Below are positions 33,900 through 46,469 of a stretch of 64,000 bases of DNA, one piece after another. The translations under genes were made by a program, and so were the position numbers. The DNA comes from Azolla caroliniana (taxonomy: Eukaryota; Plantae; Polypodiophyta), in assembly GCA_043228905.1 (NCBI GenBank), contig JBHGNT010000020.1, positions 2,170,001 to 2,234,000 on the forward strand. The letters are read 5' to 3'. Numbering within the stretch: the stretch's first letter is position 1; every line of letters begins with the position of its first letter. Under the pieces are notes generated by a model. It worked only from the letters and a program-made list of their open reading frames with translations, was not told the DNA's origin and did not search any database.

Positions 33900-35513
33900 G
33901 GTAAAAGATTCGTGGTATGATTCTGTGCAGTGGAATAGGTTAGAGATGTGTGTTGTGTGTTTGAGAAGAGGAGAGGAGAGAGACACAACATAGATAGAAT
34001 ATAGAATACTCAAGAAAATGTATATTACAAAAGAGATTAACTGGCACATTACAAAGTAAGAGGAGGGTGCTTTATGTAGTCACCCTCTCTCTTCATTAAC
34101 CACTAAAGCTCATCGATCATGGGGAATGTGGAAACTCATTAGTTATGTGTCATAGAATATGATTCTATGACACATACTTAATGCCACAAAAGTAGTGGTG
34201 ACTTTTGACCTTTGAGTGTACATGGATTCTCAAAGGGTGTGTTCACACACTAGACTAGGTTGAGCTTGATTCTCAACACGCCCCCTCAAGCTCAACTTGG
34301 ATTGGCTCCTTTCGGTGGATGTTTGTTTCGGCTGGTATCCTGTTCAGACAGTGTTTGGTTTGTACTCCCCCTCAAGCTAGACAAGTCAAGGATTGTTAGT
34401 CCAAGGTCTGACATGAATTGCCGAAGCTTGTCGGCTCCTAGGGCTTTGGTGAAGATGTCGGTTGTCTGAAGATTCATGTTGATATGTTGAAGGACGACAT
34501 CTCCAGCTTGAATGCGCTCTCGAATAAAGTGATAGTGCACTTCGATATGTTTTGTGCGTGCGTGGAACACTAGGTTCCGAGCTAGATGAATATTGCTCAA
34601 GTTGTCGCAATAAAGGGGAGTCAGATCCTTGATGGGAACTCCCAGATCCTTCAAAATCCGCTTGAGCCATATGGCTTCACATACAGCCACAAATCACGCC
34701 CTCGTATTCGGCCTCTGTGCTTGAAAATGCAAAAGTCAGTTGCTTCCATAGTTGTTTACATACCCGTATTTAACATTTGTCTAGTACGTACTATACCTCA
34801 ATGTTGTTCAGTCAAATATCATGTACATTTGTCCAATACAGTATTTAACGTATTTATAAAAAAACAGGTATAATACGTATTTATAAAGAAAATGTAAGTA
34901 AAACCCCAACAAAAAGCAAAAGAAAAAAAAGATTTTAGTGAAAAAGAAGCCAAAGGAAGGAAGAAAGAAGAATAGAAGAGACGATGATTAAGAAGATGAA
35001 GAAGAAGAGAGAAAAGAAGACATAAACTTGTACTGACTCTAAGTGTGATAATCGCAAAAGATAGAAGAGGAAGAAGAAAACGCAGAAAAGAGAAACCTAT
35101 CATGAGTGTGATAATCGTAGACGATTCCTCAATCTATGAAGGCATCATTGTAAATAATTACAATTTGAAGTAGAACATCGTGATACACACTTACACTGAT
35201 TTATAGAATAAGGGAATGTCGACATCCATATTACTACAAGTATTTTAGGATGTGAAATGTAAGTGTCTTATATATGCATTTTAGGATGTAGAACTATATT
35301 GTACATCACAAAATTGTGTAAACATGGATGTTTTTTAAATTCTAAAAGTATTTAACGTACTATACGTATTTTATAAGTATTTAACATATTAAGAAAACGT
35401 ATTAAACGTATTTTTAAATTGGGAGGTACTATACGGGTATTAATACGTTATATACGTATGGTATCCGTACCGTACCTAACGTACCTAACAACCATGGTTG
35501 CTTCTTCCTACTC
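33900..35513 (-). mobile_element. Copia family-A 3' fragment (RNase H, PPT, LTR 33900-34278) with a MITE insertion
   Basis: CEAIWLKRILKDLGVPIKD...HIEVHYHF...LRGS nearly identical to A; the LTR aligns with 17322-17722. Confidence 0.85.
34747..35496. mobile_element. Non-autonomous hAT-type DNA transposon (750 bp), 8-bp TSD GTTGCTTC
   Basis: TSD at 34739-34746 and 35497-35504; TIRs CATAGTTGTT / AACAACCATG; subterminal ACGTA repeats. Removing it restores RNase H SRKKQLTFAFSSTEAEY. Confidence 0.85.
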
Positions 35514-35515
35514 AT

Positions 35516-35775
35516 GGAAGATTCCACTGCTCAAGATCCACCAGTAACTACTTCACGTTCTAAGATTAAATTATGTGCATATGTTGATGGCAATCTATTT
35601 GAATTATTGTCATCCCAAACTCTAAAATGTTCGCATAAATAAATGGGCAAAATTCGTGGATTAGCAAGGGCTTATGGAGTGACTAGACATCTTTTACTTT
35701 GTCTCCTACCTTCAACGCTACACTCTACACTCTACAACCAACAAACACGAGCTAGATGCTTTGGCATGCATGGCA
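35516..35775 (+). repeat. Dispersed ~230-bp repeat, copy 2
   Basis: Aligns by eye to 32017-32243. Confidence 0.8.
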
Positions 35776-35797
35776 CCATGTGGTGGGGCTGGATGTC

Positions 35798-36719
35798 TGT
35801 TGAAGCGGCAAGCTCAACTAGGGCCGGATCGGTTGAATAAGCTTGAGCCGGCAAGCAACAGAGCCGGTGAGCTGGGGAACCGGTTAGCCGGGTCCAATCG
35901 GTAACCGAAAGCCTAATATTAGTTTAGACTACTAGGCAATTATAGTCTCGTAGTAAATGTCAGAAGATCGTTTGAGCATTGCAGTACGCGGTTCTTCTAT
36001 CAGTCCCATGAGGACTTGTATAAATAGTGCTACTGAACACAATTGTAAAGGATAGAGGCATATATCGTTTTTGAACATAGCTTTTACGTTCTGCTCTCTC
36101 TGTCTCTCCCGCGTACTCTGTGTATTCCCTACTTTCTCTACTTCTAACGCTTCCGCAAGTAATCGTTTACATGGTATCAGAGCGCGAGGGTTGAGAACCT
36201 TCTCTGCAACCGACAAACGCTTGACAGTAAACCCTAACAGGTCGTAAAACAACAGACAGAGAAGTGATGGATAGAGGGATGGCTAGCTCGCTCCCCGTGG
36301 AGAAACTCGACAGATCCAACTATGCATCTTGGTCGTATAAGATGCACTAGTACCAGCATGGGCATGGCTACTGGAGTTTCGTCGAAGGAGCCAACGAAAC
36401 ATCACCTGATGCGGCACATAAGGACTTCCCAGTGTGGGAACAATCGGCAAGCAGAGTGATGTACTGCTTCGCGTCCAGTGTCGGAGACTAGCTGCTGAGC
36501 CACATCCGAGACGCCAAGACGCCGAAGGAGGCTTGGGGGAACCTGAAGAAGGTGTTCGACGCGAGCACAATAGCCCGGAAGCTGCAACTCCGACAGGAGT
36601 TGAGCAATGTCCGACAGAAGGACATGTCGGTAGCGGATTACATGGCCCAGATCAAAGAGATCTGTGACTCACTTGCCTCTATCAACGTTACCGTAGAGGA
36701 AGACGAGATGGTACAAGTC
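35798..36719 (+). mobile_element. Copia family-B 5' fragment (LTR 35798-36171, PBS 36172-36183, gag)
   Basis: Near-identical to 3865-4810, with a 25-bp LTR deletion between GCAAGC repeats; gag has stops. Confidence 0.9.
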
Positions 36720-36788
36720 TGTAAAAAGACAGAACAGAAGGAAGAGCACTCAGGTTTAATGGAGAGCTTGAGCTTACGAAGTATACGT

Positions 36789-37389
36789 TGTCGCGTTGCT
36801 ACGCGTGTGCGTGGAGAAACGAGGCGGGACCACCGGGGTCTTGAACCAAAGAGCAAAGAAACACAGGGGGCACGACCCGTCAACACAAAAGACGCGGATG
36901 GACACAGAGACAGGGAGACACAAGTGTTTGTATATTAACGAATATCAAATACACAACAGAGCACGCGACCGGTTACAACCGAACAGGCCGGCGAACAGAT
37001 GTCGATGCCTGTTCGTCTGCGCACAAAAGGAGAAAAGGGTGGAAGTGCTACCGGAAGCACACGGGCGTTCCTTGAAGCAGCGCGAGCCTCCCGAAACCCT
37101 GCAGAGAAGAGTGATGGAGAACGAACAGAGGAGAAACGTTCGATTACGGTCCGACAGCACTTCGTCTTCCTTAATGCGCGATCCTTTCTCCCCGCGTCTC
37201 CCTCTCCTTTATAGCTTAAGGAAGGGAGCCGTCTCCCTCATTTACTTCCTACCTACCAAATCTAACTACCCCCGGATATGCCTATGTACCTAATTCCCTA
37301 TTATATACATTAAAGGGCGCGCACGCGTGAAGAGCCGGTTCACGCTCTCTAAGCACCAATTGCGCTAAGGGACGGTTTTCTTCACGACA
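36789..37389 (-). repeat. 3' LTR of the gypsy (601 bp, 51-bp deletion relative to the 5' LTR)
   Basis: TGTCGCG...TCACGACA on +; PPT adjacent. Confidence 0.92.
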
Positions 37390-40300
37390 TCCGCCCCCAC
37401 CTAACCGCGCATCCACCGGTATGAGCCAAAATTGTGCTCTAGTTGGAGAAAACCGGCCCGAGTTCCGGTTCTTCGTCCATCGGTTCGTCCTCCGTTTCGG
37501 ACTGTTCGTCGTCACTGCCCAGGCCTCTTAGGTTCGGTTCGCCGTCGTGGCGCTTCTTGAACGCTTTGATCCGCTTCCCCGCCACCGGTATCGCCATCCT
37601 CGTACCGTCGAGTTCTGCCAGGTGATACGTCTCGTTGTCGTTGGCGCTCGTTACCACGTAAGGCCCGAACCACCGCTTTGCAAACTTCCGTGTTGCCCGG
37701 TGCTGGTTATCGAGGCTGCTGTCATAGACTAGCACCAAGTCGCCTTCCTCGATTTTCTTTGGTCGGAGCCGGTGCGTTTAGTCGAACCGGGCTTTGTTCC
37801 TCATCCTCGCCGTCCGAAGTCTCTCCGCCGCTCGTTCCACATCCTCTAGCCTCCGCTCGAGCTGTCGTATACGCGCCGCTAGCAGTTCTTCCCGACTCAT
37901 CTCGTCTCTCCAGTCTACTGTTGCCCGCCCAAGAGGAGATCGTCCGTTCCATCGGCATGATCGGCTTCTGTCCGAACATAAGCTCTGATGGCATGAACCT
38001 GGTTACCGAACTGTGCGTTGTCCGGTCCGCCCACAAGGCATAGGGTAACAGTCGTGGCCAGTTCCCGACCTGTCCTTCGCACGCCCGGACTAGCGCTTTG
38101 ACGATCGGTCCGTGCCCGCGCTCCACCTTCCCGTTTGCCTCCGGATTGTACGCTGTGGTGAGCAAGAGCTTGACCCCTAACCGGTCGAACAGCTCCTCGG
38201 CCTCTTCGGCGTCCAACTCCCCGCGGTCAGCCACGATCTTTCTGACGCACCCGTACCGGCATATCACGTCCTCGATCAGGAACCGACACACGACCGTGGT
38301 TGTTTTGTTCTGCAGGGCTCGGCCTTCCACCTGGTTCGTCAGGTCCTTCCGGGCCAGCACCAGATATCGCATCTGCCTTACGCCCATCGGCATTGTCACC
38401 AAATCTACCATCCATTTGAAGTGGATGGCCGGAGGGTATGTAGGGTGAAGCTCGTCCCGATGTCGGACTATGGAGTGTATCTGACAGCTCTCACAAGTCG
38501 TCACGAACCGATGCACGTCCCGGTACAGTCCCGACCACCAGTACTTCCCCTTTAGTTTCTCGAACGTGACCCACGTTCCACGGTGTCCAGCCCAGGGGCT
38601 GTCGTGGTAGGCTTTCAGTAACTCCTCCCGTTCCTCCTTCATCGCCACTACTCGGAGCGGGATGTCGTTTCTTTTCTTCGGGTGCTTCCACAAGTATCCG
38701 TCCCGGAGAAAGAATCGGTACACTTTCTTCTGGATCCGGTTGGCCTCTTCCTTTGTCCATGACGCGTCCGGCGTCATCGTCCTCAAGAATCCCCCAACTG
38801 CAGCCACTCCCCGTCGTACTTGCTCTCGTTGAAATCGTTAAGCGCCGGAGTGCTCCCCCCTTCGGTTGTTACGTAACCCGCCTCGAAGAAGTCCACGCCG
38901 ACTTCCTCGTCCTCCGAAACCATGCCGCCCTCGTCGTCGAATCGCGCCCTCGAAAGCATGTCGGCCATGGCATTGTCTTTCCCGGAAATGTGTCGTATTT
39001 CTGGATCCAGGGACTTGATGTACGCTATCCACCTGAGCATTGCCAGGTCCGGGGTTGCGCATCCGGAAACCATGCCGAGAATCGGCAGGCAGTCCGTCTC
39101 GATAATCACCTCTGTCCCGATCAAATAGTCTTTATCGGCCTTCACTGCCGAAACGATACCCCAGAGTTCGCGTTTAACCTGGGCGTATCCTCGCTGTCGC
39201 TCGTTGAGGACCTTCGCACCGAACTGGATTGGGAACCGAATGCCGTCCTCATCTTCTTGGTTGACGACCCATCCGATCCTGGTCGGACTTGTATCTACCG
39301 TTATGTAGATGGGAATGCCTTTCTCGTAGACAGCCTTCCGGAGCGCCAGAGCTACAGCAAGAGCCTCCTTCATCTTCCGGACTGACTCCGTATGCTCGTC
39401 TCGCCACTCGAATCTTCGCCCCTTTTTCAGCAACCCGTATAGCGGTTCGGCAACGTGGGCGTAATGCGGGATCCATATGTGGTAGAACGCGCATGCTCCC
39501 AAGAACCTCCGTAGTTCCGTGACCGAGTCACAGTCGGGCTTCATAGCGGAGATGGCTTCCACCTTAGCCGGAGACGGTTTCCGACCATACGCTCCGCATA
39601 GATGTCCGACGACCATGATCTCCTATTTCTCCGCGGAGAAGGTGAGCCTCACGTCCTCTAGCCTCTGCAGCACCCTCTCGCAGTCGTCAATGTGTGTCGC
39701 CACGAATTTCCGGCATCCGTCCGGTCCGATCGTTTCGTCCTTTTTCTCCACCGGACATCCCTTGATCGGGATGTCGTCCAAGAATGGCATGGTGATGTCC
39801 GGGATACAATCCCTCAGCACCTTGTTCATCGCATTCACCATGTGGGCCACCGAGTTTGTCCCTCCTTGTGGCAGGGTACACATCCACACTAGGCCGAGAG
39901 GAGTCCGCATCGTCGTAATGTCTCTGCTCTCTACGGCTAGTTGGAACTAGTCGTATCCTGAGTACAGATCACCGACCGAGTAGATCGACCTTCCGGCGAA
40001 GGCCTCCACGAACTCGTCTATCATTGGTCCGATTCCTGCGTTCCGAATGGTCACTATGTTGACCGGTTGCAGGTCTTGAATGAAGCGCAACGTCCCGTTC
40101 TTCTTCGGTACGGTAAACCACCGGTTCGAGTACGGGGCACTCGACGGTTCGAGGATGCCCATATCGACTTTCTGCCTCAATAGCTCCATCAGCTCCGGGA
40201 TGTGAGCTCTCGGTACCGAAATTGGCTTGAGATTCCACGGCACATGCGGGATCGTGAATATCACCATCGGCTTCACGACTGTCGGGTCTACGCACCCGAT

Positions 40301-43094
40301 CTCCTCCGGTGAGAATGCGAAGGCTTTCCCGTGCCTTCCGAGCATTCTCCGAAACCGGTCTTCTTCCGTCGGCAGTAGGAACCTGCCCCCACCGATTTTG
40401 AGCTCCCGTAGCGTTCTGTCGGTGAAGGTTGCCCTATGCAGGCCGAATCTCGTAAACTGGGGTCCGACGCGACCCCCTTGATTCGCAACTTGCTGCCCTC
40501 TGGTAAGGGTGTCGCGACTGGCCTTACCTTCCGGTCCACAGTCTTGTACTTCGTGTTAACCCGTGCCGTCCGATCCGACTCGAGCCCTGGACTGAAGTCC
40601 GCGATGACTTCGTACATCTCTTCTGAACAAACCGGTATCGTCCGGTCCTCTTTAAGGCCCTCTCCGACCACCTCTCGCAGTATTCCCAAGGTATCGTCGA
40701 AGGAGACCGCCTCCACGGCTCCGTTGATTTCCTCACTGGGCCCGAGAACTCCGCACGCCCGAAGTCGCTCTTCCGCCCTTGTCTTTTCTCAGCCTACGAC
40801 GCCGACTATCGTACACCCTCCGTTGTCGGAGAAACAAAACTTCCTACCTATGGTACAAGGTTTCTTCGGTTTCGCCTCTATCGTACATTTGTGGGGTTTT
40901 CCCGGAGTGTCCGAACTATCGCGGCCCCACGCCTTGACAGCCCTCTCTAAAAATCCTCTCGGTTCTCGCCACCGAGGGACTCGCGGTTTCGCTCGTGGTT
41001 CGGTCGCACCATCAGGAACTGGACCGAACGACGCCCGTCCTGACTCTTGACCCTCGCGTAAGCCGACCCGTTGTCCAGCACCTTGGTCTCCATTCGCACT
41101 GCCGTAATGTACGGTTCTCCCAGTATGACCGGGTGCGAGGACGTCTCCTGCACAAAGAAGTGTTGGTCTATCTCAACGTCGCCGATCTTGACTCGCACGT
41201 TTGGGCAGGCCCCGTGTAGTTCCTCGGTGGCGCGCGTCGCTGCCCGTATCTTCCACCCGTGCTTGGTGTTGATCGGCCATTTCCCCTTCTTGTAGAAGTC
41301 CATGGACATCAGGTTTATTTCCGAACCGTGGTTCACCAGCGCCACCACCGGTTCCTGAACATCTCCGATCTTCACCGAGGTTTCTGTGGTCGCTCGGGCC
41401 CAATGTGGCCTCGAATAGTGGCTCTCCGCCCACTCGTCTTCCAGCGCCATGTCCTCTATGTGCGTCGTCCGCACCTCCGTCGGCCTTTCCGGTTCTGCCT
41501 CCGTCGACAGCCTCTTCCTCTTCACCAAGTCTACGATGGAGTCGTGGAACTCCTTCTTGGCGATTCCGAGCACCTCCTGAAACGACAGTTCTACTTTGCT
41601 GTCGAGGATTCGTTCTTCCAGGACCTTTCGTAAGTCCGTGGTCCTTTCGATCTACGTGCCCAAACGGTATCCGCCCTTCTTGTGGTTATCCCGGGCACTG
41701 GACTCACCGGCCTCGTTCCATTTCGGCCCGAATCGGGTTTCGTATCTCTGTGAGGGTCTGGCCCCTCCGGTTTCACCTACCCGTTTGTCTTCAACCAGAG
41801 CCTCGTAGTTATGGCAAGCTGCTTCGACGAAACCCATCTTTTCTTCGACCGGGTCACTCCACCCGGTTACCTCCTGGACCCGCTTCTCCGCGCAGTCCGC
41901 CTTGTCTCTCTTTAGTCGGGCACCGGCGAGGCCTTCCAGCACCGTCGGCCAGAACCCGGCTTTGCTCTCCTTCCGGGCCTCGCTGCCTCCGACCCGAATA
42001 CCGGCTGACGCTGAGTAGTGGACGGTCTCCGCGTGCCGGGCTGCCGCCTCTTCCATCAGCCTTTTCATTCCTCCTCGCCCTTTGTTTCGATTCAGGGCCC
42101 TCCGGGTATCCCTGGCGTGCACCCGATCTTCCCACAAGTACACTACCCGGCTTCTCAAAGCCTCCATAAAGTCCCCGCAGTCTTTCCGGATGTGGCCGAC
42201 CTCATCCCACCACATGCACCTACTCCCTGCCGGAGGCCGTCGGTCACGAGCCTGATCGCCGCCTTCCCTCCAAGCCTGGGCGATCTGGAGATCCTTCACC
42301 ACTTGTGTCAACTCCTCCAGAGTTGTTCCCCCAGACGAGCCTCTGATCACGCCGGTCGAAGATGTACCGGTTTCGAGCCACTCTCGGGTCTCTTCCCTTC
42401 GCGCCTGCGGTATCGGTTCGACCTTCCTTGCTGTGACAGGTCCCGCCTCGGTTGCCTTTGTATCAGCCCACTCCCACCGTTTGTCAAAACGGCCGCAGAC
42501 TCTTTTTACCGCAGCCCAGTCGGCCGTCAACCCGTCTTCGGTTTCCAGTAAGGAGCCAACTTGCCCCCGATCCCGTGCGTCAACCGATTTGATAAACAGT
42601 AGGACACGACTTGTGTCCAGGACAGTCCGATCGAGCGCCGAAAGGCGCGCAAAGCGTTCCTCAAACTCCCGGAGGAGTACCGACGCATTTCTTCCTTTGT
42701 TGGGGGACTCCACCCACTCCATGAAGCCCCGCTTCGAAAGTCGAAGCGCGTCATCCAGCCTGTATTTCTCCAAGAGCCGTCCTTCGAACTCCTCCCACGT
42801 CCAGCTCTCCGCCCAGACCTCGAGCACCTCCGTATGGATGCCCGGCATCGCCACTCGAGGGAATCCGGCAAGACGCCTCTCTTCCGGAATATCCCTCATC
42901 AACATCTCCGCCCGGTAGGACGCCAAATAACTCGTGGCATCCTTTCCACTGAACCGGCCGATCATACCGACGATCGCCTCAATAGCCCTGTCAAGGGCAC
43001 CGGTGCCCTCGCGCGCTCACTATCCGGTCCACGGCTGAAGCCATGGCCTCTGCAAGATCCGACCCCCTCATCTTCTGCTCCTCTGCCGCCTTGT

Positions 43095-43112
43095 TTCACG
43101 TCGGGTTCACCA
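43095..43112 (-). promoter_or_regulatory. Primer-binding site complementary to tRNA-Trp
   Basis: + strand TTCACGTCGGGTTCACCA equals the 3' 18 nt of plant cytosolic tRNA-Trp(CCA) including CCA (recalled sequence); 4 nt from the LTR. Confidence 0.8.
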
Positions 43113-43116
43113 AATA

Positions 43117-43768
43117 TGTCGCGTTGCTACACACGTGCATGGAGAAACGAGGCGGGACCACCGGGGTCTTGAACCGAAGAGTAGGTGATAGAAGGGGAAA
43201 GAGAAAGAGAGAGACGCCCGGTCACGTATGAGCAAAGAAACACAGGGGGCACGGCCCGTCAACATAGAACACGCGAATGGACACAGAGACAGGGAGACAC
43301 AAGTGTTTGTATATTAACGAATATCAAATACACAACAGAGCACGCGAGCGGTTACAACCGAACAAGTCGGCGAACAGATGCCGATGCCTGTTCGTCTACA
43401 CACGAAAGGAGAAAAGGGTGGAGGTGCTGCCGGAAGCACACGGGCGTTCCTTGAAGCAGCGTGAGCCTCCCGAAACCCTGCAGAGAGGAGCGATGGAGAA
43501 CGAACAGAGGAGAAGCGTTCGGTTACGGTCCGACAACACTTCGTCCTCCTTAATGCGCGATCCTTTCTCCCCGCGTCTCCCTCTCCTTTATAGCTTAAGG
43601 AAGGGAGCCATCTCCCTCATTTACTTCCTACCTACCGAATCTAACTACCCCCGGATATGCCTATGTACCTAATTCCCTATTATATACATTAAAGGGCGCA
43701 CACGCATGAAGAGCCAGTTCACGCGCTCTATGCACCGATTGCGCTAAGGGACGGTTTTCTTCACAACA
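43117..43768 (-). repeat. 5' LTR of the gypsy (652 bp)
   Basis: TGTCGCG...TCACAACA on +; direct repeat of 36789-37389. Confidence 0.92.
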
Positions 43769-45337
43769 ACGCGGGAGAGACAGAGAGAGAAAACACGAGA
43801 ACTGTATTCAACAACCCACTCAATCTCGAAGGACTGACCGAAGTACTAACCGTACTTCAATGCTCTTTAAGAGCTCCTACACTAACTCCCAAATATATTC
43901 CTCACGGAATATCTTTCCTAACGGCCTCCCGGTTTACGCACTCGGCCTAACCAATCGGTCCAAACCGATCCGGTCCTCGGTTTCTTCAGCCGATCCGGCC
44001 GATGTTGAGCTTGTTTCTCAACACTCCCCCTCAAGCTCAACTTGAGGCTCTTCGGGATCTTCACAGCTCCGGTTCCTCCTGGCTTCACGCCTCGCTCGCG
44101 CTCCCCCACCTATTCGACTCCGTGCGCTGCGACCCTTTTGGTCGGCTTGTCTGCTCATGTGGCCCTTATAAGCTCTTCTGTTGTTGCGGTGTCGACACTT
44201 CTTCTGCTGCCTTTTCTTCCGCTTGGGCCTCGGTTGATTCAACGTGTCTGAATCAAACATCTGAACCAGCTCGGCTACTTCCGATCGATTTTTGCTCTCG
44301 TCCGAGTTGGCTGTCTCCAACTCGTCTTCGGTCTTCTCGCCCTTGATTGCGTCATCTCCCCCATGAGTGGTTGGCTTCGCCTCTCTCCTTCGGCTATTCC
44401 CCTTCTATCCGCTTTCCGACTTTTCCGTGGGTCCGCCCTCGGCTTCTTCGGCTTCTTCTTCGCTTTCGGCCTTGTAAGAGATATAATAGATGAAGGCGAT
44501 GACCCAGAAAACAAAACAATTGGAACTCGCACTATTCCTCTCCGTTTTTTAAGAATATGAGGTTGAGAGATACCTACTAGTTTTTTTACGTACACGTCCG
44601 TTGTCGTGGTTTAGACAAAGGAGAAGAATTTGGAGTGCCAGTCCTGCACACGTTTTTCATTCTTACCGAGGCTATAAACGATTCATTCATCACACCATCG
44701 ATTCTCGAATCACTTTAGCGGAAAGCGTAACTTTTTCCTTTCACAATTAAGGATCGTTCTTGATGAAGTCCCGTGAACGAATAGAATGATGTTGACAGAA
44801 AAAACTTAGGTCCTCCTTTTTCTACCGTAAACTTTCTTTCCCATGCCCACCCTGTCCCACCTCCACTCCTACCTTCATAACAGATGCCCCAAAAGCATCG
44901 ACTCAGCTGAACCCGCGTGCTTACAATGTACTTCTTAGTACATACGTGACTATAACTACGTGGATCTATATTACTATTATCGAGGCATTAAGGTGGACTC
45001 CACACACGCACACCCTTACACGTGGAGCGATTGAAAACGCCTGCCTTACCTTACTGGAAGGCACGTGAATGTGCCACACGTGGCTTCGTCTCAACCACAA
45101 CCACGCGTGAATATAATCGACATGGACACCCATATTCGAAACTTTTATTGTTTCATTCCCACAGAATCCGTGTTGAACCAACAAACACGCTGAGCTGGAT
45201 GCTTTGGGCCCCTCCTCCGCGCTTGCTCGCAACGCGTTATATAATATATGTCCCAAAGGCGCTCACTCGGCTTCACCACGCTTACAATGTAGCTCTTCGT
45301 ACGTATATGTAGTCGCATCTCTTACGACTATCGAGGC

Positions 45338-45500
45338 TTCTAAGATTAAATTACATGCACTTGTTAAATGGTAATTGATTTGAAATAGCGCCATTCCAAA
45401 CTAAATGCTCCTATAGATTTGAATCTGGGCAACATTCATGGATTAGCTAGCTAGTAGGGGCTTGTGGAGCGACTACACATTTTTTTGCTTCGTCTCTCTA
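45338..45500 (+). repeat. Dispersed ~230-bp repeat, copy 3 (partial)
   Basis: Aligns by eye to 32037-32180. Confidence 0.7.
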
Positions 45501-45550
45501 TAGGGCTTGTAGAGCACGCATGGTGCGGTGGTGCAGTATATATGTAGTTT

Positions 45551-45910
45551 CTTCTATTCTCTCCATGCATCCATATCCTTATACTTCTATTCTCTCCATG
45601 CATCTATATCCTTATGCTTCTATTCTCTCCATGCATCCATATCCTTGTTATGTATACATCCAAGAAACTCCTCTCTGCCTTTCTCTTCTGTCTCTCTCTT
45701 TTAAGTTTTTTCACGAGACTGTTTTTGCCTTGACTGCATGCATAATACATAATACATAATACACAATACACAATACACAATACACAATACACAATACATC
45801 AACTGAAGCCTGTTTCCCTTGACATGCATGCATAAAATACATAAATACATAAACTGAAGCCTGTTTCCTTTGACTGCATAAAATACATAATACATAACTG
45901 AAGCCTGTTT
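45551..45910. repeat. Short tandem repeats: 33-bp unit x3 (45551-45647), (ACAATAC)n, and AACTGAAGCCTGTTT x3
   Basis: Seen directly. Confidence 0.8.
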
Positions 45911-46139
45911 CGCTCAACTCCGTGTTTTGTGCTCTGTTTGAATCGTTTTAACGATAGTATAGTAAGTAGTAAGGACGAGAGGGAAATTCCTCTTCGTTTC
46001 CCATTCCATTTCATTTCTGGATTCGAAGGAGGTGAACAACCAACGCCAACCCTAAGAAAGCAACACACACACGGGGAACATAACAAGCAAGCAAATCACC
46101 AGAGAAATTAGGGTTTGTGCATCTGCCTGTATTGCCTTC

Positions 46140-46215
46140 TTTTTCTTCTTCTTCATCATCTCCACCACCACCGCCATCACCGTGCGCCTTCTTCTTCTTC
46201 TTCTTGTTCATCATC

Positions 46216-46269
<54 letters not shown>

Positions 46270-46322
46270 GTCATCGAAGCTCAATCTCAATCGTATTCAT
46301 CATCGCTGTCTTCTTCTTCTTC
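46140..46322. repeat. (CTT)n/(CAT)~17 microsatellite tract, probably the 5' UTR region of the HVA22-like gene
   Basis: Seen directly; telo-box TAGGGTTT at 46109-46116 just upstream. Confidence 0.85.
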
Positions 46323-46469
46323 ATTGACGCTCGATCATCCATCATGAACTATTTGTCAACAGTTTGTCTTCGCAGGATTTCTCAAGTGCTTCCAGCTTTT
46401 GTCTCTCCTTCCATCCATTTCTTTCCTGGGAATAAGAGAAGAAGAGGAAGAAGAAGAAATTCGCTGCGG

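Larger units (their letters stand above)
36789..43768 (-). mobile_element. Full-length Ty3/gypsy non-chromovirus (Phygy/Selgy-like by inference), tRNA-Trp PBS, 4-bp TSD
   Basis: LTRs 43117-43768 (5') and 36789-37389 (3'); gag 41652-42965; protease 40947-41573; RT (DLYSGYD, LPQGGTNS, PFLDD); RNase H 38783-39616; integrase 37439-38807 (GPY motif); PPT 37390-37401. Stops and frameshifts present. Confidence 0.93.
36720..44470 (-). mobile_element. Copia family-C 3' fragment (Pol tail, PPT, LTR 36720-36788 + 43769-44023) split by a gypsy
   Basis: Reverse complement of the C LTR and of 13030-13453 (ETANSDES...QVELEGEC). Confidence 0.85.

Noticed and set aside
36796-37293. ORF within the gypsy LTR (also 43277-43672)
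   Set aside because: LTR sequence; its repetition is explained by LTR identity and the peptide has no domain.
41405-42551. Long plus-strand ORFs (254 aa, 177 aa) as antisense genes
   Set aside because: Shadow frames opposite the GC-rich gypsy gag; no recognisable motif.
43095-43112. tRNA gene
   Set aside because: Only the 3' 18 nt match, and it sits next to an LTR, so it is a primer-binding site. No intact tRNA or rRNA gene was seen in the window.
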